This document shows positions 40,664-50,372 of a DNA stretch of 64,000 bases, in pieces. A program made the position numbers and the translations under genes. Numbering within the stretch: position 1 is the first letter of the stretch; every line of letters starts with the position of its first letter. Below the pieces are notes generated by a model. That model was not told where the DNA came from, did no database searches, and was given only the letters and a program-made list of their open reading frames with translations. Origin of the DNA: Pirellulales bacterium (lineage in GTDB: Bacteria; Planctomycetota; Planctomycetia; Pirellulales; PALSA-1355); contig CAVTBU010000007.1 of assembly GCA_963733035.1 (NCBI GenBank), positions 288,001 to 352,000 on the forward strand. The letters run 5' to 3'.

Positions 40664-42508
40664 TTACGAGGGTGTAACGATCGGCAGCTGTGCAGCGATG
40701 CCGGTCACTTCCACGTTGGTTGCCTCGCCAGGGCGGTCGAGTACCGTGTCCACCAAGTAGTATAACAACCGCCGCAGTTCGTCGGGTTCGATTTCGTCGG
40801 CCAGAGCCTCGGCCCGCTCGTGGTACTTGTCCACCAGTCGATGCGCTTTTTCGAACACGCCGGCTTTGCGGTACAGGTCGCGCACTCGCGCAAGCATTTC
40901 TGGCGTCGCCGCACTGCCAACCAGCGATTCGAGTTCCCCGCGCTCCCGCTCGTCGAGCGATTCGAGAGCCAAGGCCCAGAGCACCGTTGGCCGTCCACCC
41001 AGGATGTCGCCACCGGCGGCAAGCTTGTTGTGCGTGTCGTGTTCCCAATCGTCCAGATCGTTGAGAATCTGAAATGCCACGCCCAGCTGCTTGGCGAATT
41101 GTGCCAGCGGCTCGGCATACCGCGCGGCGTCGCCGGCCAGGCGAGCGCCGGCATACAAGGCCGCTCCGAAAGCCGGGGCTGTCTTCAGAGCGTAGATTTT
41201 CAGGGCGTCCAGCGGCGTCAGCCGCTTGTCGTGGGCGTCGCGCCAGAGTAGCTCGGCGCCTTGCCCTTCGCAGAGGCGAATGTGCGCGTCGGCCAGGTGA
41301 TTGAGGATGTCGGACACAGCGTCAGCACCGAGCGTTCCTACCTCGCGGCTCACCAGCCGATAGCCAAGGCCAATCAGGTAGTCCCCTACGTTGATCGCAG
41401 TGGGTATTCCGCAGCGGCGGTGCAGTGTCTCGTCGCCGTAGCGGAAACCGTCGTCGTCCTCGATGTCGTCGTGCACCAGGGAAGCCTTGTGAAACGTCTC
41501 GATCGATAGCGCGGTCCGCTTGATCGCGTCGGAAAATCCGGCCACATGAGCCGCACCATCGCCCAACGTGCCGTTGCCGCCCGTCAGGGCATCGTACACC
41601 GCCAGCGTCGTAAACGGCCGCGAGTGCTTGCCACCCTTGGTCAGGAAATCGTAAGCCAAGGCTTCGGTGCCAGCCAGCGGGTCAAGCCCGGCAATGCCCT
41701 TACCGTTCAATTCGGCGAGAGTCTTGTTGCTTCGCGTGCGCACCCCAAGCCGTCCCAGTTCGGCCGGTTCGAACATCTTCTCGGCGGCCCGCATCAAGTG
41801 CACGTAGCTGCGGGTTTGGACCTGGGGCTGGCGATGCTCGGTGCGGATCATCGCCGAAACCCAATCTTCGTCAACCGATGTATTGCGGCAATCGCTCGAC
41901 AATAGCGGCACGGCCATGCAGGGAATTCCGGCCAGCAGAATCTTGTCGATCGCCTTTTCGAGCACGTTTAAACAAGCGACGCCGACGATGGCGTCAACAT
42001 AACCCGATACGATAATCTTCAGCACGATGGGCGATCCCTCGGCGACGAGCACCTTGTAGCCCATCGCCTCGGCCGCGGAGCGGAAGTCGGCAATGCTGCA
42101 CGCTCCACATTTCTTGCACTCCAGGCCGAAGTCGTCGTAATCGGCCGGGCAGCCTTCGGCGTGTTTCAAACAATGCGGCAGCAAGAACAAGCGGCGGCTT
42201 GGCGGCACGGCCGCGACCTGGTCTTCCCAAAATGCCGTGACCAGCGCGACCATCGTCCAGCCGACGTAACCCTCGGGCAATCCCATCTCGTCGAGCAGCG
42301 CCCGGCCCACGGCCTCCATCTCGTCCTTCGACAGCGGGCGCGACTTGTCGAGCCGGGCCGCCACTTGGTTGGCGCGGTCGCGAATCTGTTCACGCAATTC
42401 CAGCGTCTCGGGCACGAGCTTGAGATGGCTGGTATTGCGACGACGCGACTTGCGGGGCGGAGAATCGGACTGAGCTACGGCGGTTTGCCGCTGGGGTGCA
42501 ATCGCCAA
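40664..42508 (-). CDS. DUF116-like Cys-rich domain fused to trans-isoprenyl diphosphate synthase
   Basis: LPHCLK, CKKCGAC, GVAC, DCRNT; then GGKHSRP, LVHDDIED, GQ, KTA, FQILNDLDD. Confidence 0.85.
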   Translation of the reverse strand: MAIAPQRQTAVAQSDSPPRKSRRRNTSHLKLVPETLELREQIRDRANQVAARLDKSRPLSKDEMEAVGRALLDEMGLPEGYVGWTMVALVTAFWEDQVAAVPPSRRLFLLPHCLKHAEGCPADYDDFGLECKKCGACSIADFRSAAEAMGYKVLVAEGSPIVLKIIVSGYVDAIVGVACLNVLEKAIDKILLAGIPCMAVPLLSSDCRNTSVDEDWVSAMIRTEHRQPQVQTRSYVHLMRAAEKMFEPAELGRLGVRTRSNKTLAELNGKGIAGLDPLAGTEALAYDFLTKGGKHSRPFTTLAVYDALTGGNGTLGDGAAHVAGFSDAIKRTALSIETFHKASLVHDDIEDDDGFRYGDETLHRRCGIPTAINVGDYLIGLGYRLVSREVGTLGADAVSDILNHLADAHIRLCEGQGAELLWRDAHDKRLTPLDALKIYALKTAPAFGAALYAGARLAGDAARYAEPLAQFAKQLGVAFQILNDLDDWEHDTHNKLAAGGDILGGRPTVLWALALESLDERERGELESLVGSAATPEMLARVRDLYRKAGVFEKAHRLVDKYHERAEALADEIEPDELRRLLYYLVDTVLDRPGEATNVEVTGIAAQLPIVTPS

Positions 42509-42520
42509 GATGCTTCTCGC

Positions 42521-44392
42521 TTACGGTTTGCCGGTGTGCGCGATCTTGCGAGGCACGCTGGTGGGGAGGTACTTGCGTGTCGCCTGGCCGAGCACCGAGG
42601 TAGTCATGATCAGGGGATATAGCTGCTCATAATACCACAGCTTCGCGAAGTAGAAACCAATTGGCGAGCTTTCCGCGTGCCGATTGGCCTCCACGGCGTC
42701 AATCAGCCATTTTAGCCCTTTTAGAGCCCCGTCTTCGTGGGCCTGCGCACTTCCGCAAGTCAGCAGGGCTTCGACGGCCAGGGCCGTTTCCTCAATGCTG
42801 GCCGCACCGGCCGAGGGCTCGCATGCCCCGAAGCTGCCGTCGGCCCGCTGCAGCGAGACCAGCCAATCGAGGGCGCGCCGCGGCGGAGGGCTGTCCAAGC
42901 GATTCAGATCGCGCAGTGCCAATAGCACCTTGGCGGTGCCGTAGATTGGGTTGTCTTCCTGCTGGCGACTCTGATTGCCGAACCAGAGCGGAATCCAGGA
43001 GCCGTCGCGCTGCTGGGAACCAACCACGTACCGCAGGCCGGCCTCCATCGCCCGCGCAATGCGGCCGTCGAGCTCTTCCCGGGCAAGATCGGAAAGGTTT
43101 GCATCGGTTACGAGCTCCGCGCGCCAAGCGTGCAATGCTCGCAGCGCATGCGCCGTTAAATCGCAGCCGCTTTTATCGAACGGCAGGGTTCCCCAGCCGC
43201 GGGCGAACGTCGGCCATCCGCCGTCGGAATTCTGCAGATCGAGTAACCACCGCACGCCAGCGGCCGCGGCCGGCACGATTCGCTCGCACTGATGCGGATC
43301 GGCCTTTGCCCAGGCGGCAAGCGCCAATAGCGCTCCCGGCGTATCGTCGGCATCGGGCACGCCGCCGGACAGATCCGTCCAGGCCCAGCCACCGGGCGCA
43401 GCGCCCGTATAGGGATGCACGCCGCGATGTTGGCAGGACAGAACCCAGTCGAGACAGTTCAATTCGCGCAGATCCTCACCGCCGGCAGCCAGTGCGTTGA
43501 CCGCCAATGTGGTGTTCCAGGTTGCCAGGTTGGTGTCGATCGGCCAACTGCCGTCGGGCCGCACCGAAGCGAGCAGGAACTCGACGCCTTTGCGGACGAT
43601 CGGATGATTGGCTCGGCCGGTGGCGGCCAGGCTCATCACGACAAAGCTGGTCAGCGGCGCGGCTTCCAGAAAACCGCCGCTTTCCGGCTGCATCGTCTCG
43701 ACGACCGCCAGGCTCTTCTCGAACGTCAGCTTGCGAATCAGGCGAGCGATCGGATTGGCGGGCTTCTTATGGCAAAACTTTGCCTGGCCGATGGCTACCA
43801 AGGCCGGAATCGCATAGCTGACGACCGGCAGCCGCAAGAACTTCCAGGCCTGCTGTGGAAAACAAGCCAGTTCAAACGGCAGGGCGGGCACCTGGCTCCA
43901 CTCAATGATGCCGGCCAAAGCGCAGTTGGTAAGAATGGGCACCGCAAAGGTCTTGTCCTTGCCGTAGCGCCGCTTGAGTCCCCTCACACCCCCGTGCGAC
44001 GCGATATAGGCGTCGGCCCGTTCGAGCAGTCCGGGGTGATTGGCTGGTGTGCAGGTCAGTGCAAAGGCGGCTCGCACGAGCATGGTGGTGGCAATGTTCG
44101 AAGCGCTCTTGTCGGTATCGCCCCAGCCGCCGTCGGGGTTCTGATGTTTGGCCAGCCAGCGGACGCTGCCGACAATCAATTCGCTGAGCGCGCATTCACG
44201 CTGTTCGTCGACGATGCGTCCAGAGAACGTCGGAGCATGTCGTTCGACGATGGCCAAAGCGCTGATCGCCGTGGCGGTGGAAAGAGCGGAACTGGATAAT
44301 TGTCCGATCCAGTGTCCGTCGGCGGTGGTTTCCGCCAACAAATCGCAGCGCGCCGTTTCATAGGCGGCCAGGAGTCGATCAGGATCGACCAT
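42521..44392 (-). CDS. Divergent squalene-hopene-cyclase-like (type II terpene) cyclase
   Basis: QW repeats (QNPDGGWG, QNSDGGWP, QQRDGSW, QRADGSF), PDADDT protonation motif, IYGT; start MVDPDRL at 44392. Confidence 0.85.
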   Translation of the reverse strand: MVDPDRLLAAYETARCDLLAETTADGHWIGQLSSSALSTATAISALAIVERHAPTFSGRIVDEQRECALSELIVGSVRWLAKHQNPDGGWGDTDKSASNIATTMLVRAAFALTCTPANHPGLLERADAYIASHGGVRGLKRRYGKDKTFAVPILTNCALAGIIEWSQVPALPFELACFPQQAWKFLRLPVVSYAIPALVAIGQAKFCHKKPANPIARLIRKLTFEKSLAVVETMQPESGGFLEAAPLTSFVVMSLAATGRANHPIVRKGVEFLLASVRPDGSWPIDTNLATWNTTLAVNALAAGGEDLRELNCLDWVLSCQHRGVHPYTGAAPGGWAWTDLSGGVPDADDTPGALLALAAWAKADPHQCERIVPAAAAGVRWLLDLQNSDGGWPTFARGWGTLPFDKSGCDLTAHALRALHAWRAELVTDANLSDLAREELDGRIARAMEAGLRYVVGSQQRDGSWIPLWFGNQSRQQEDNPIYGTAKVLLALRDLNRLDSPPPRRALDWLVSLQRADGSFGACEPSAGAASIEETALAVEALLTCGSAQAHEDGALKGLKWLIDAVEANRHAESSPIGFYFAKLWYYEQLYPLIMTTSVLGQATRKYLPTSVPRKIAHTGKP

Positions 44393-44668
44393 CAGGTATG
44401 CAGCCCTCAGTGGACATGGAAGCTCGCACAAGCAGGTCCTCCGCCAGCGATGCGATCGTGCTACGACGATCGATGTGCAACGCCTAGACCCGCGGCGAGC
44501 CGTAAGGATCAAAGTCTAAATACCGCCGGCCGGTCTGTCGATAGTTTTGCGCGGGCCAGCCCCCCAGAGGCAGCGTCCTGGGCAACTCCGAAAGGCACGT
44601 CTCACACCCGGCGGCACATCGCAAGTCGTTACTCGTTAGCGGATTTGCTGTCGAAGGGGCCGGCCGGT

Positions 44669-44677
44669 TGTTATAAT
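44669..44677 (+). promoter_or_regulatory. Extended -10 promoter of the radical SAM gene
   Basis: Perfect TGnTATAAT, 67 nt before ATG 44744. Confidence 0.55.
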
Positions 44678-44743
44678 CGGAAACAATCGTCGCCCGCGGA
44701 AAATACCGTATCCACGCCCGCCCTCCCGCTAGCCGAGTGGCCC

Positions 44744-46009
44744 ATGTATTTGAAGTTGGCCAAACGCGCCTTGTTGGAAACCGACAAGCGCCTGCTCTGG
44801 AAGCTCGCCTATAACATGGGCTTCAAGGGCATGCGCGCGATTCAAAAGCATAAGGCGCGGCTCAAGCGGGGCGAGTTCTTTCCGCCGTTTCTCTATATCT
44901 CGATCATCAATAGTTGCAACCTGCGTTGTCAGGGTTGCTGGGTCGACGTGGCTGCCAAACAGCAAACGATCGATCTGGCAGCCATGAAACGCATGATCGG
45001 CGAGGCCAAGCAAGTCGGCAACAGTTTCTTTGGGATTTTGGGCGGAGAGCCGTTCATGCATCCCGAGCTAATGGAAATCCTGGCCGCGCATCCAGATTGT
45101 TACTTTCAAGTATTCACCAACGGCCAGTTCATCAGCGATGACGTGGCCCGCCAACTCCGCCGCCTGGGCAACGTGACGCCGCTGGTCAGCATCGAGGGAT
45201 CCGAAATCATCAGCGACCAGCGGCGCGGCCGCCCGCACGTCTACAGCCGCTCGATGGAAGGCTTGCACAACTGCCTCAAGCACAAGGTGCTGACCGGCGT
45301 CTGCACGAGCCTTTGCCAAACGAATATCGACGATCTGCTCACCGAGCGATGGGTCGACCGGTTGATCGAGATGGGGGTGATGTACATGTGGTACCACACC
45401 TATCGCCCCGTCGGGCCGGATGCGAAACCCGAGCTAGCGCTCACGCCCGAGCAGCAGCGGCGGGTCCGGCAATTCGTCGTCGATACCCGGGCGACCAAGC
45501 CCATTTGCGTGGTCGATGCCTATTACGATGCCGATGGCCAGGCGCTCTGTCCGGCGGCAACTGGTTTCACGCACCACATCAGTCCCTGGGGCGACATTGA
45601 ACCCTGCCCGATCGTGCAGTTCGCCACCGAGTCGATCCACGATGCGCGGCCGCTACGTGAGACGTTCAATAACTCGGAATTTCTCCGCGACTTCCGACAC
45701 GCCGCCGCCAGCGCCACGCGGGGTTGCATCGTCTTGGAACGCCCCGATCTGCTTGAGGCGCTAGTCAACAAACACGGCGCCCGCGATACCACGGCCCGCA
45801 AAGCGGCCTTGGCTGAACTGGCCGCCATGCAACCGCGCGGCAGTCAGTTCGATCCCCAGCATGAGATTCCCGAACGGAGCTTCGTCTACCGCTTCGTGAA
45901 GAAGCACTTCTTCAACGACTTCGGGGCGTATGCCAACCCCGTCATGCCGGCCGGATTGGAAGTCACGACGAGACCGGAGCCGGAAGTCGTGCCGTTGCGA
46001 ACCAACTAG
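44744..46009 (+). CDS. Radical SAM protein with Twitch/SPASM-like C-terminus
   Basis: CNLRCQGCW, GGEP, FTNG, CPAA...HISPWGDIEPCP...GC. Confidence 0.88.
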   Translation: MYLKLAKRALLETDKRLLWKLAYNMGFKGMRAIQKHKARLKRGEFFPPFLYISIINSCNLRCQGCWVDVAAKQQTIDLAAMKRMIGEAKQVGNSFFGILGGEPFMHPELMEILAAHPDCYFQVFTNGQFISDDVARQLRRLGNVTPLVSIEGSEIISDQRRGRPHVYSRSMEGLHNCLKHKVLTGVCTSLCQTNIDDLLTERWVDRLIEMGVMYMWYHTYRPVGPDAKPELALTPEQQRRVRQFVVDTRATKPICVVDAYYDADGQALCPAATGFTHHISPWGDIEPCPIVQFATESIHDARPLRETFNNSEFLRDFRHAAASATRGCIVLERPDLLEALVNKHGARDTTARKAALAELAAMQPRGSQFDPQHEIPERSFVYRFVKKHFFNDFGAYANPVMPAGLEVTTRPEPEVVPLRTN

Positions 46010-46020
46010 TTTGGCCTGCG

Positions 46021-47496
46021 CTACGGTTGGGCGTCGCTCGCGCGCGTGTCGTCTTCCGCCGGTCGGATGGATTCGAAGTAACGTCGAATTGTCTGGCGGT
46101 GGCCGAGCGGGATGGGCTCGGTTTCGAGGACTGCCTCGGAGGCCTTGCGAAACTTCTCGTAGCTCTCGCGGTACGAGCGGCGTGCTTGTTCGCGCCCTTC
46201 GGGCGAGGTCGTGGTTTCGACTTCCACGTCCCCTTCGTCCGACTGTTGTCCCTGGAGCCGCATTTCCTGCTTGCCGCCCAGATTCGGCGTGGCGTCGCCC
46301 GGTTCGTTGTCGCTGGAGGCCAGCCCCCAACTCTTGCCGCCGCGCTTGTTGCTCTTGCCGTCGGACTTGCATTGCGACTCGCAGTCCCCCTTGCATTCGC
46401 TTAGGCACTGGCACTGCTTGTGCAACAAATCCTGGAGTTTCTTGCGCTTGCTCTGTTTGCTGGCCTCGCCGCTAAGCTTTTTGGCGCCCTCCTTGAAGCG
46501 GCTGCCGTCGCCACCCAAGCCGGCAGAGATGTCGCCCGTGGCCTTGCTCAGGCTATGGTTGCCGGAATCTTGCATTTGCCTGGCGATCTGCTCGAGTTTT
46601 TCTTTCATTGCCTTCTCGGTCTGGCGATCGAGCTCGGGAGCTTCGGCCTTGGCCAGTTCCTCGGAAGCTTTCTCATATTGCCCGCCGGCCAGCGCCTTGC
46701 CCGCCGCGGCCAACGGTTCGGCCAGGCTCAGGGCTTCGCCCACGGCGGCTAGCTGCGCGTCGGCAACTTCCACGTTGTATTGGGCCTGCTGCTGTTGCAG
46801 GCTGGCTTCCATTTCCGAGAGCTTGGCCAGCGCCTCGCGCAAGTCAACCTCGGGCTTCTTTAGTTCCTCGATCGATTCCTTGAGCTCTGCTACTAACTCT
46901 TCAATCTCGGGATCCTGGTTCTCCTTGGCGAACTCCTCGAGCGACTGAAGTTCCTCGGTCAAACGATCGGCCTGAGCCAACACGCCGGGAAGCGGCTTGG
47001 CAGGCGTGGCACCAACTTCCACAGGACGCGTTGTTACGTACAGCACCACCGCCGCCACGATCAGGGCTGCCACGCCATAGGGCAATGCCCGCGGCACCCG
47101 AATTGGAACGACTTCGCGAGCATCAACCTGCCGGAGATGTGAAAGGGCATCGTCGACCGCCAATTGACGCACGCCGCCTGCGTCGCGTTTGGACAGAAAC
47201 TCCAAGGCCGACGTGGTGCGATCTTTCAGGCGATAGTGGCTGTCGATGGCCCGCGCTGCCGCGCGCCAGTCTCGTTGCGTGACGAAGGCAAAGAGCGCGC
47301 CCGCTACTGGTCCCGCCGATGCGACGGCGGCCGCGCGAAACGGGGTAAGTTCCCAATCGCCGAGCCAGCGCCCCAAGGCAAACCCCAGCGCGGCCACTCC
47401 ACTCCCCACCAGCCCCCAGGCTGCCAATTGCAGCGTGCGCACCTGTTGTTGACGACGCCGCACCGGATCGAGCCGGTCTTGCAAATCCTTTACCAT
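46021..47496 (-). CDS. Membrane-anchored coiled-coil protein of the MoxR locus
   Basis: Two to three N-terminal TM segments, long E/Q/L/K helical region, CQCLSECKGDCESQC cluster, IPLGHRQTIRRYFE tail. Confidence 0.8.
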   Translation of the reverse strand: MVKDLQDRLDPVRRRQQQVRTLQLAAWGLVGSGVAALGFALGRWLGDWELTPFRAAAVASAGPVAGALFAFVTQRDWRAAARAIDSHYRLKDRTTSALEFLSKRDAGGVRQLAVDDALSHLRQVDAREVVPIRVPRALPYGVAALIVAAVVLYVTTRPVEVGATPAKPLPGVLAQADRLTEELQSLEEFAKENQDPEIEELVAELKESIEELKKPEVDLREALAKLSEMEASLQQQQAQYNVEVADAQLAAVGEALSLAEPLAAAGKALAGGQYEKASEELAKAEAPELDRQTEKAMKEKLEQIARQMQDSGNHSLSKATGDISAGLGGDGSRFKEGAKKLSGEASKQSKRKKLQDLLHKQCQCLSECKGDCESQCKSDGKSNKRGGKSWGLASSDNEPGDATPNLGGKQEMRLQGQQSDEGDVEVETTTSPEGREQARRSYRESYEKFRKASEAVLETEPIPLGHRQTIRRYFESIRPAEDDTRASDAQP

Positions 47497-47686
47497 CGGA
47501 CGTGTCCTCGTCTGGCGAGACTCGGGAACGGAAATGCGCCGCTTATTAAGCTACCACCTTGGTGGGGTATCTTGCAACAGAGCCGGCGTAGTTTTTAACC
47601 CCGGTTGATTCAACTTAGTATCGCGGAACATCAACTTCGTACGTGCTGAGGCCGTGGCGATCCACCATTCGCACCCGGCGACGTCG

Positions 47687-50372
47687 TCACTCTGGGCGCA
47701 TCCCGCCAGAGCTAGCCATACCGGGAGTTCGGTGCCCGAACAGGTTGCTCAAATCGATGCGTCGCAGGCCCACGTCCAGCACGAAAAGCACCACGGCTGT
47801 CCAGATTAGCCATTTCCACAACGGCGATGGTCGGCGGGCGGCGCGGTCGCTGGGTGCGAACACCTTGTCCGCCGCCAGCCCATAGACGCCACCAGAAGCC
47901 TCGGCGATACGCTTCAGTAATTCTTCATTGGTGGGGCGCAGCCGCAATTCATCGCTATAGCCGACAGCCAGGCCTGCGCGATTGTCGCGAGACCTGCTGG
48001 CCGTTTTTCGATTGCGTCAGTTCCACGTGGTAGGCGCCGGGGCGGGGCGTGTTGAACTCGGCCGTGTAGCGTCCCGGGGCGGTCTGCACGAGCGGCAGCT
48101 TATGACTGCCGAGCTGCGGATCAATGACGGTCATCTCGGTTTCGACGTCGTTCAAGTAACGACCCGTCGGATCGGCCGCGTCAAGCGTGAGCGTGGCCTT
48201 GCCGGCGCGCTGTTCGATCTCGACGACCGTGCCCTTGGCGTCACCTTTGCGCATCATGTGACGAACAACCTGGGCCCAGAACTTGGAGTAACCGGGCCAG
48301 GGAAGCCACTCGGCTGCCCAGCGGCTCTTGACGTCCGACGTGAAGGCGCCGGTCATGCCCAAACCGTATCGCCACCAAACCAACAGCGGATCGCCTTTCT
48401 CGGTGGCCAAAATCACTTCGCTAGTGGCCTTGGGCCGCGTGGCGACATATCCCAATAGAAACGGCGCGGCCTCCAGATCGATGCCGGCGAAGGCCTGCGT
48501 GGTCCGAACAACTTGCGGCACAAACGGCTGTTCGTTGATGGCGCTCTTGCTGGCGGTGACGGTTTCCTTGGCAAAGATCTGCGGCACCGCGGCCGGATCA
48601 TCGGTGAGGTAGTATCGACCGTTGCCAGTCCTGGCGATTTCCTCGAGCAAGGCCGTATCCGAGTCGCTACCCACCGCCACCGTCGAAACCGTCATCCGCG
48701 CGCTGTTCATCGTGGCGGCCAGGCCGGCAAAATCACCCGGCGCCGAAACACCGTCGGTCAGAATGATCACGTGTTTCAATTTGGCGGGCGTCGACAGGAG
48801 CAGCTCGTAGGCCAATTCCATGCCTGGATACATAGTGGTACCGCCGCCGGCTTCGATCCGCGATATGTCGTCGCTGATGCGTCCCTTGTTGCTGGCCGAT
48901 TGCATTTCGCTAATCGTGAACGTGTCGCCGTCGAAGGCCAATACGGCAATCTGATCGCTCCGCCCCAAAAGTTCCACGGCGCTGCGGGCGGCGCTTTTCG
49001 CCATTTCGATCTTGTCGCCACCCATCGAGCCCGACTTGTCGATCAACAGCACCATCGCCAGGCTGGGCTTCTCCTTCTCCTTTTCAAAGTCGCTGCGCAC
49101 CGGCAAGATGTCTTCGAGCGTCGATTTGTAGTAGCCGCCCAGGCCGAAGGATTGCTCGCCGCCGAGCATCAGGAATCCGCCCCCCAAATCCTGCACGTAG
49201 CTGCGGGCGACTTCCATCTGGCGGCCGGTCAGGTCCGTGGCCGGAACGTTTGAAAGCACGAGCAGCTCGTAGTTTTGCAGGTCGGACAAACTGTCGGGCA
49301 TGCCGGCCGGCGGCCGCACGTCAACCTGAATGTCTTCTCCTTCCAATGCCACGGCAAATTCACGGATGAGCCTCGGATCGCTTTCGATCACCAGCACGCG
49401 AGGTTTCCCCGAAGTGAACACCAGGCCGCTGTCGGCGTTATTATCGAGCAGCGTATCTTGCTTCAGTCCCTGAATGCTGGCGGTGAAGTTGGCCAGCCGT
49501 TCGCTGGTCACGGTTTGCTGGAAGCGAAACCGATTCTCGCCCTTCTTGATCGGCTTGCGTTCGCTGACAACGCGGTGGGCTCCGCGGTACACCTCAATGA
49601 GTCCTTCGTCGTCGTGATTCGCATCGACCACCACTTCCACGTAGAACGGCTCGCCTTGACGCACCTGGGCCGGCAGCTTGACCGACGAAACCTGCGCCTC
49701 GGGCTCATTACGCGTGGCCAGCGAAACCGTCGAGACTGGCACCCCGGTTGCTAGCGCCGCCTTGAGCGCGTCGCCGTCGGTTTCGTTGCCATCGGTGATG
49801 AGCACGACACTGGGAACGTAACCCGGCGAAAGCGAGGCCACCGACGCTTCCAGCGCGGCTTCAATATTCGTGCCAGCGTCCGACATGTCGGCAATTTTTG
49901 GCGGAACACCCGGCTGCTGCGCGGCGTCCTGGTCCGGTACTCGTTCGGCCGGTGAGATGCCGTCCTTCGTCGGCTCGACTTCTTCGGTAGCGACCGGCCT
50001 TGTGCGTTCCGATTCCAATTTGCCGGGCTGTTTGTCGAACGGAAGGAACGCCACGCGGTTGCCGCCGACTTGCTCAATCGCTTCGTCGAGGAACTTGTCG
50101 GCGGCCGCGGTCGACTCCGCGCCAACGCTCAAGCTGCGGTCAATGGCGAAGATCACGAATTGTTCGCTGGTTGGCCGCAATAGCGTGAGACCCGCCAAGG
50201 CCAGCACCAGCAGCGTGAGAATGGTGGTCCGCACGGCCAGCGATACACCTCGCTGCCAGCGGGGCAAGTCGACCAGGCTGCGGTAGAAGTAATAGACGAG
50301 CACCGGCACGAGCGCCAGGCAAACCAGCCGAGCGGGATGCGTCAACTCCAGGGCGAAGCTGCCGGTGTCCAT
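47687..50372 (-). CDS. VWA + glutamine-amidotransferase-like + VWA membrane protein, extra base at ~47975
   Basis: MIDAS motifs DRSLS and DKSGS; LLVLSNVPA...GGGFLMLGG; removing one base gives QSRGLAVGYSDELRLRPTN through to a C-terminal TM; TGATG coupling at 50372. Confidence 0.85.

Noticed and set aside
42521..44392. Assigning the symbol shc/hpnF
   Set aside because: Several cavity segments deviate from canonical SHC, so the product is uncertain.
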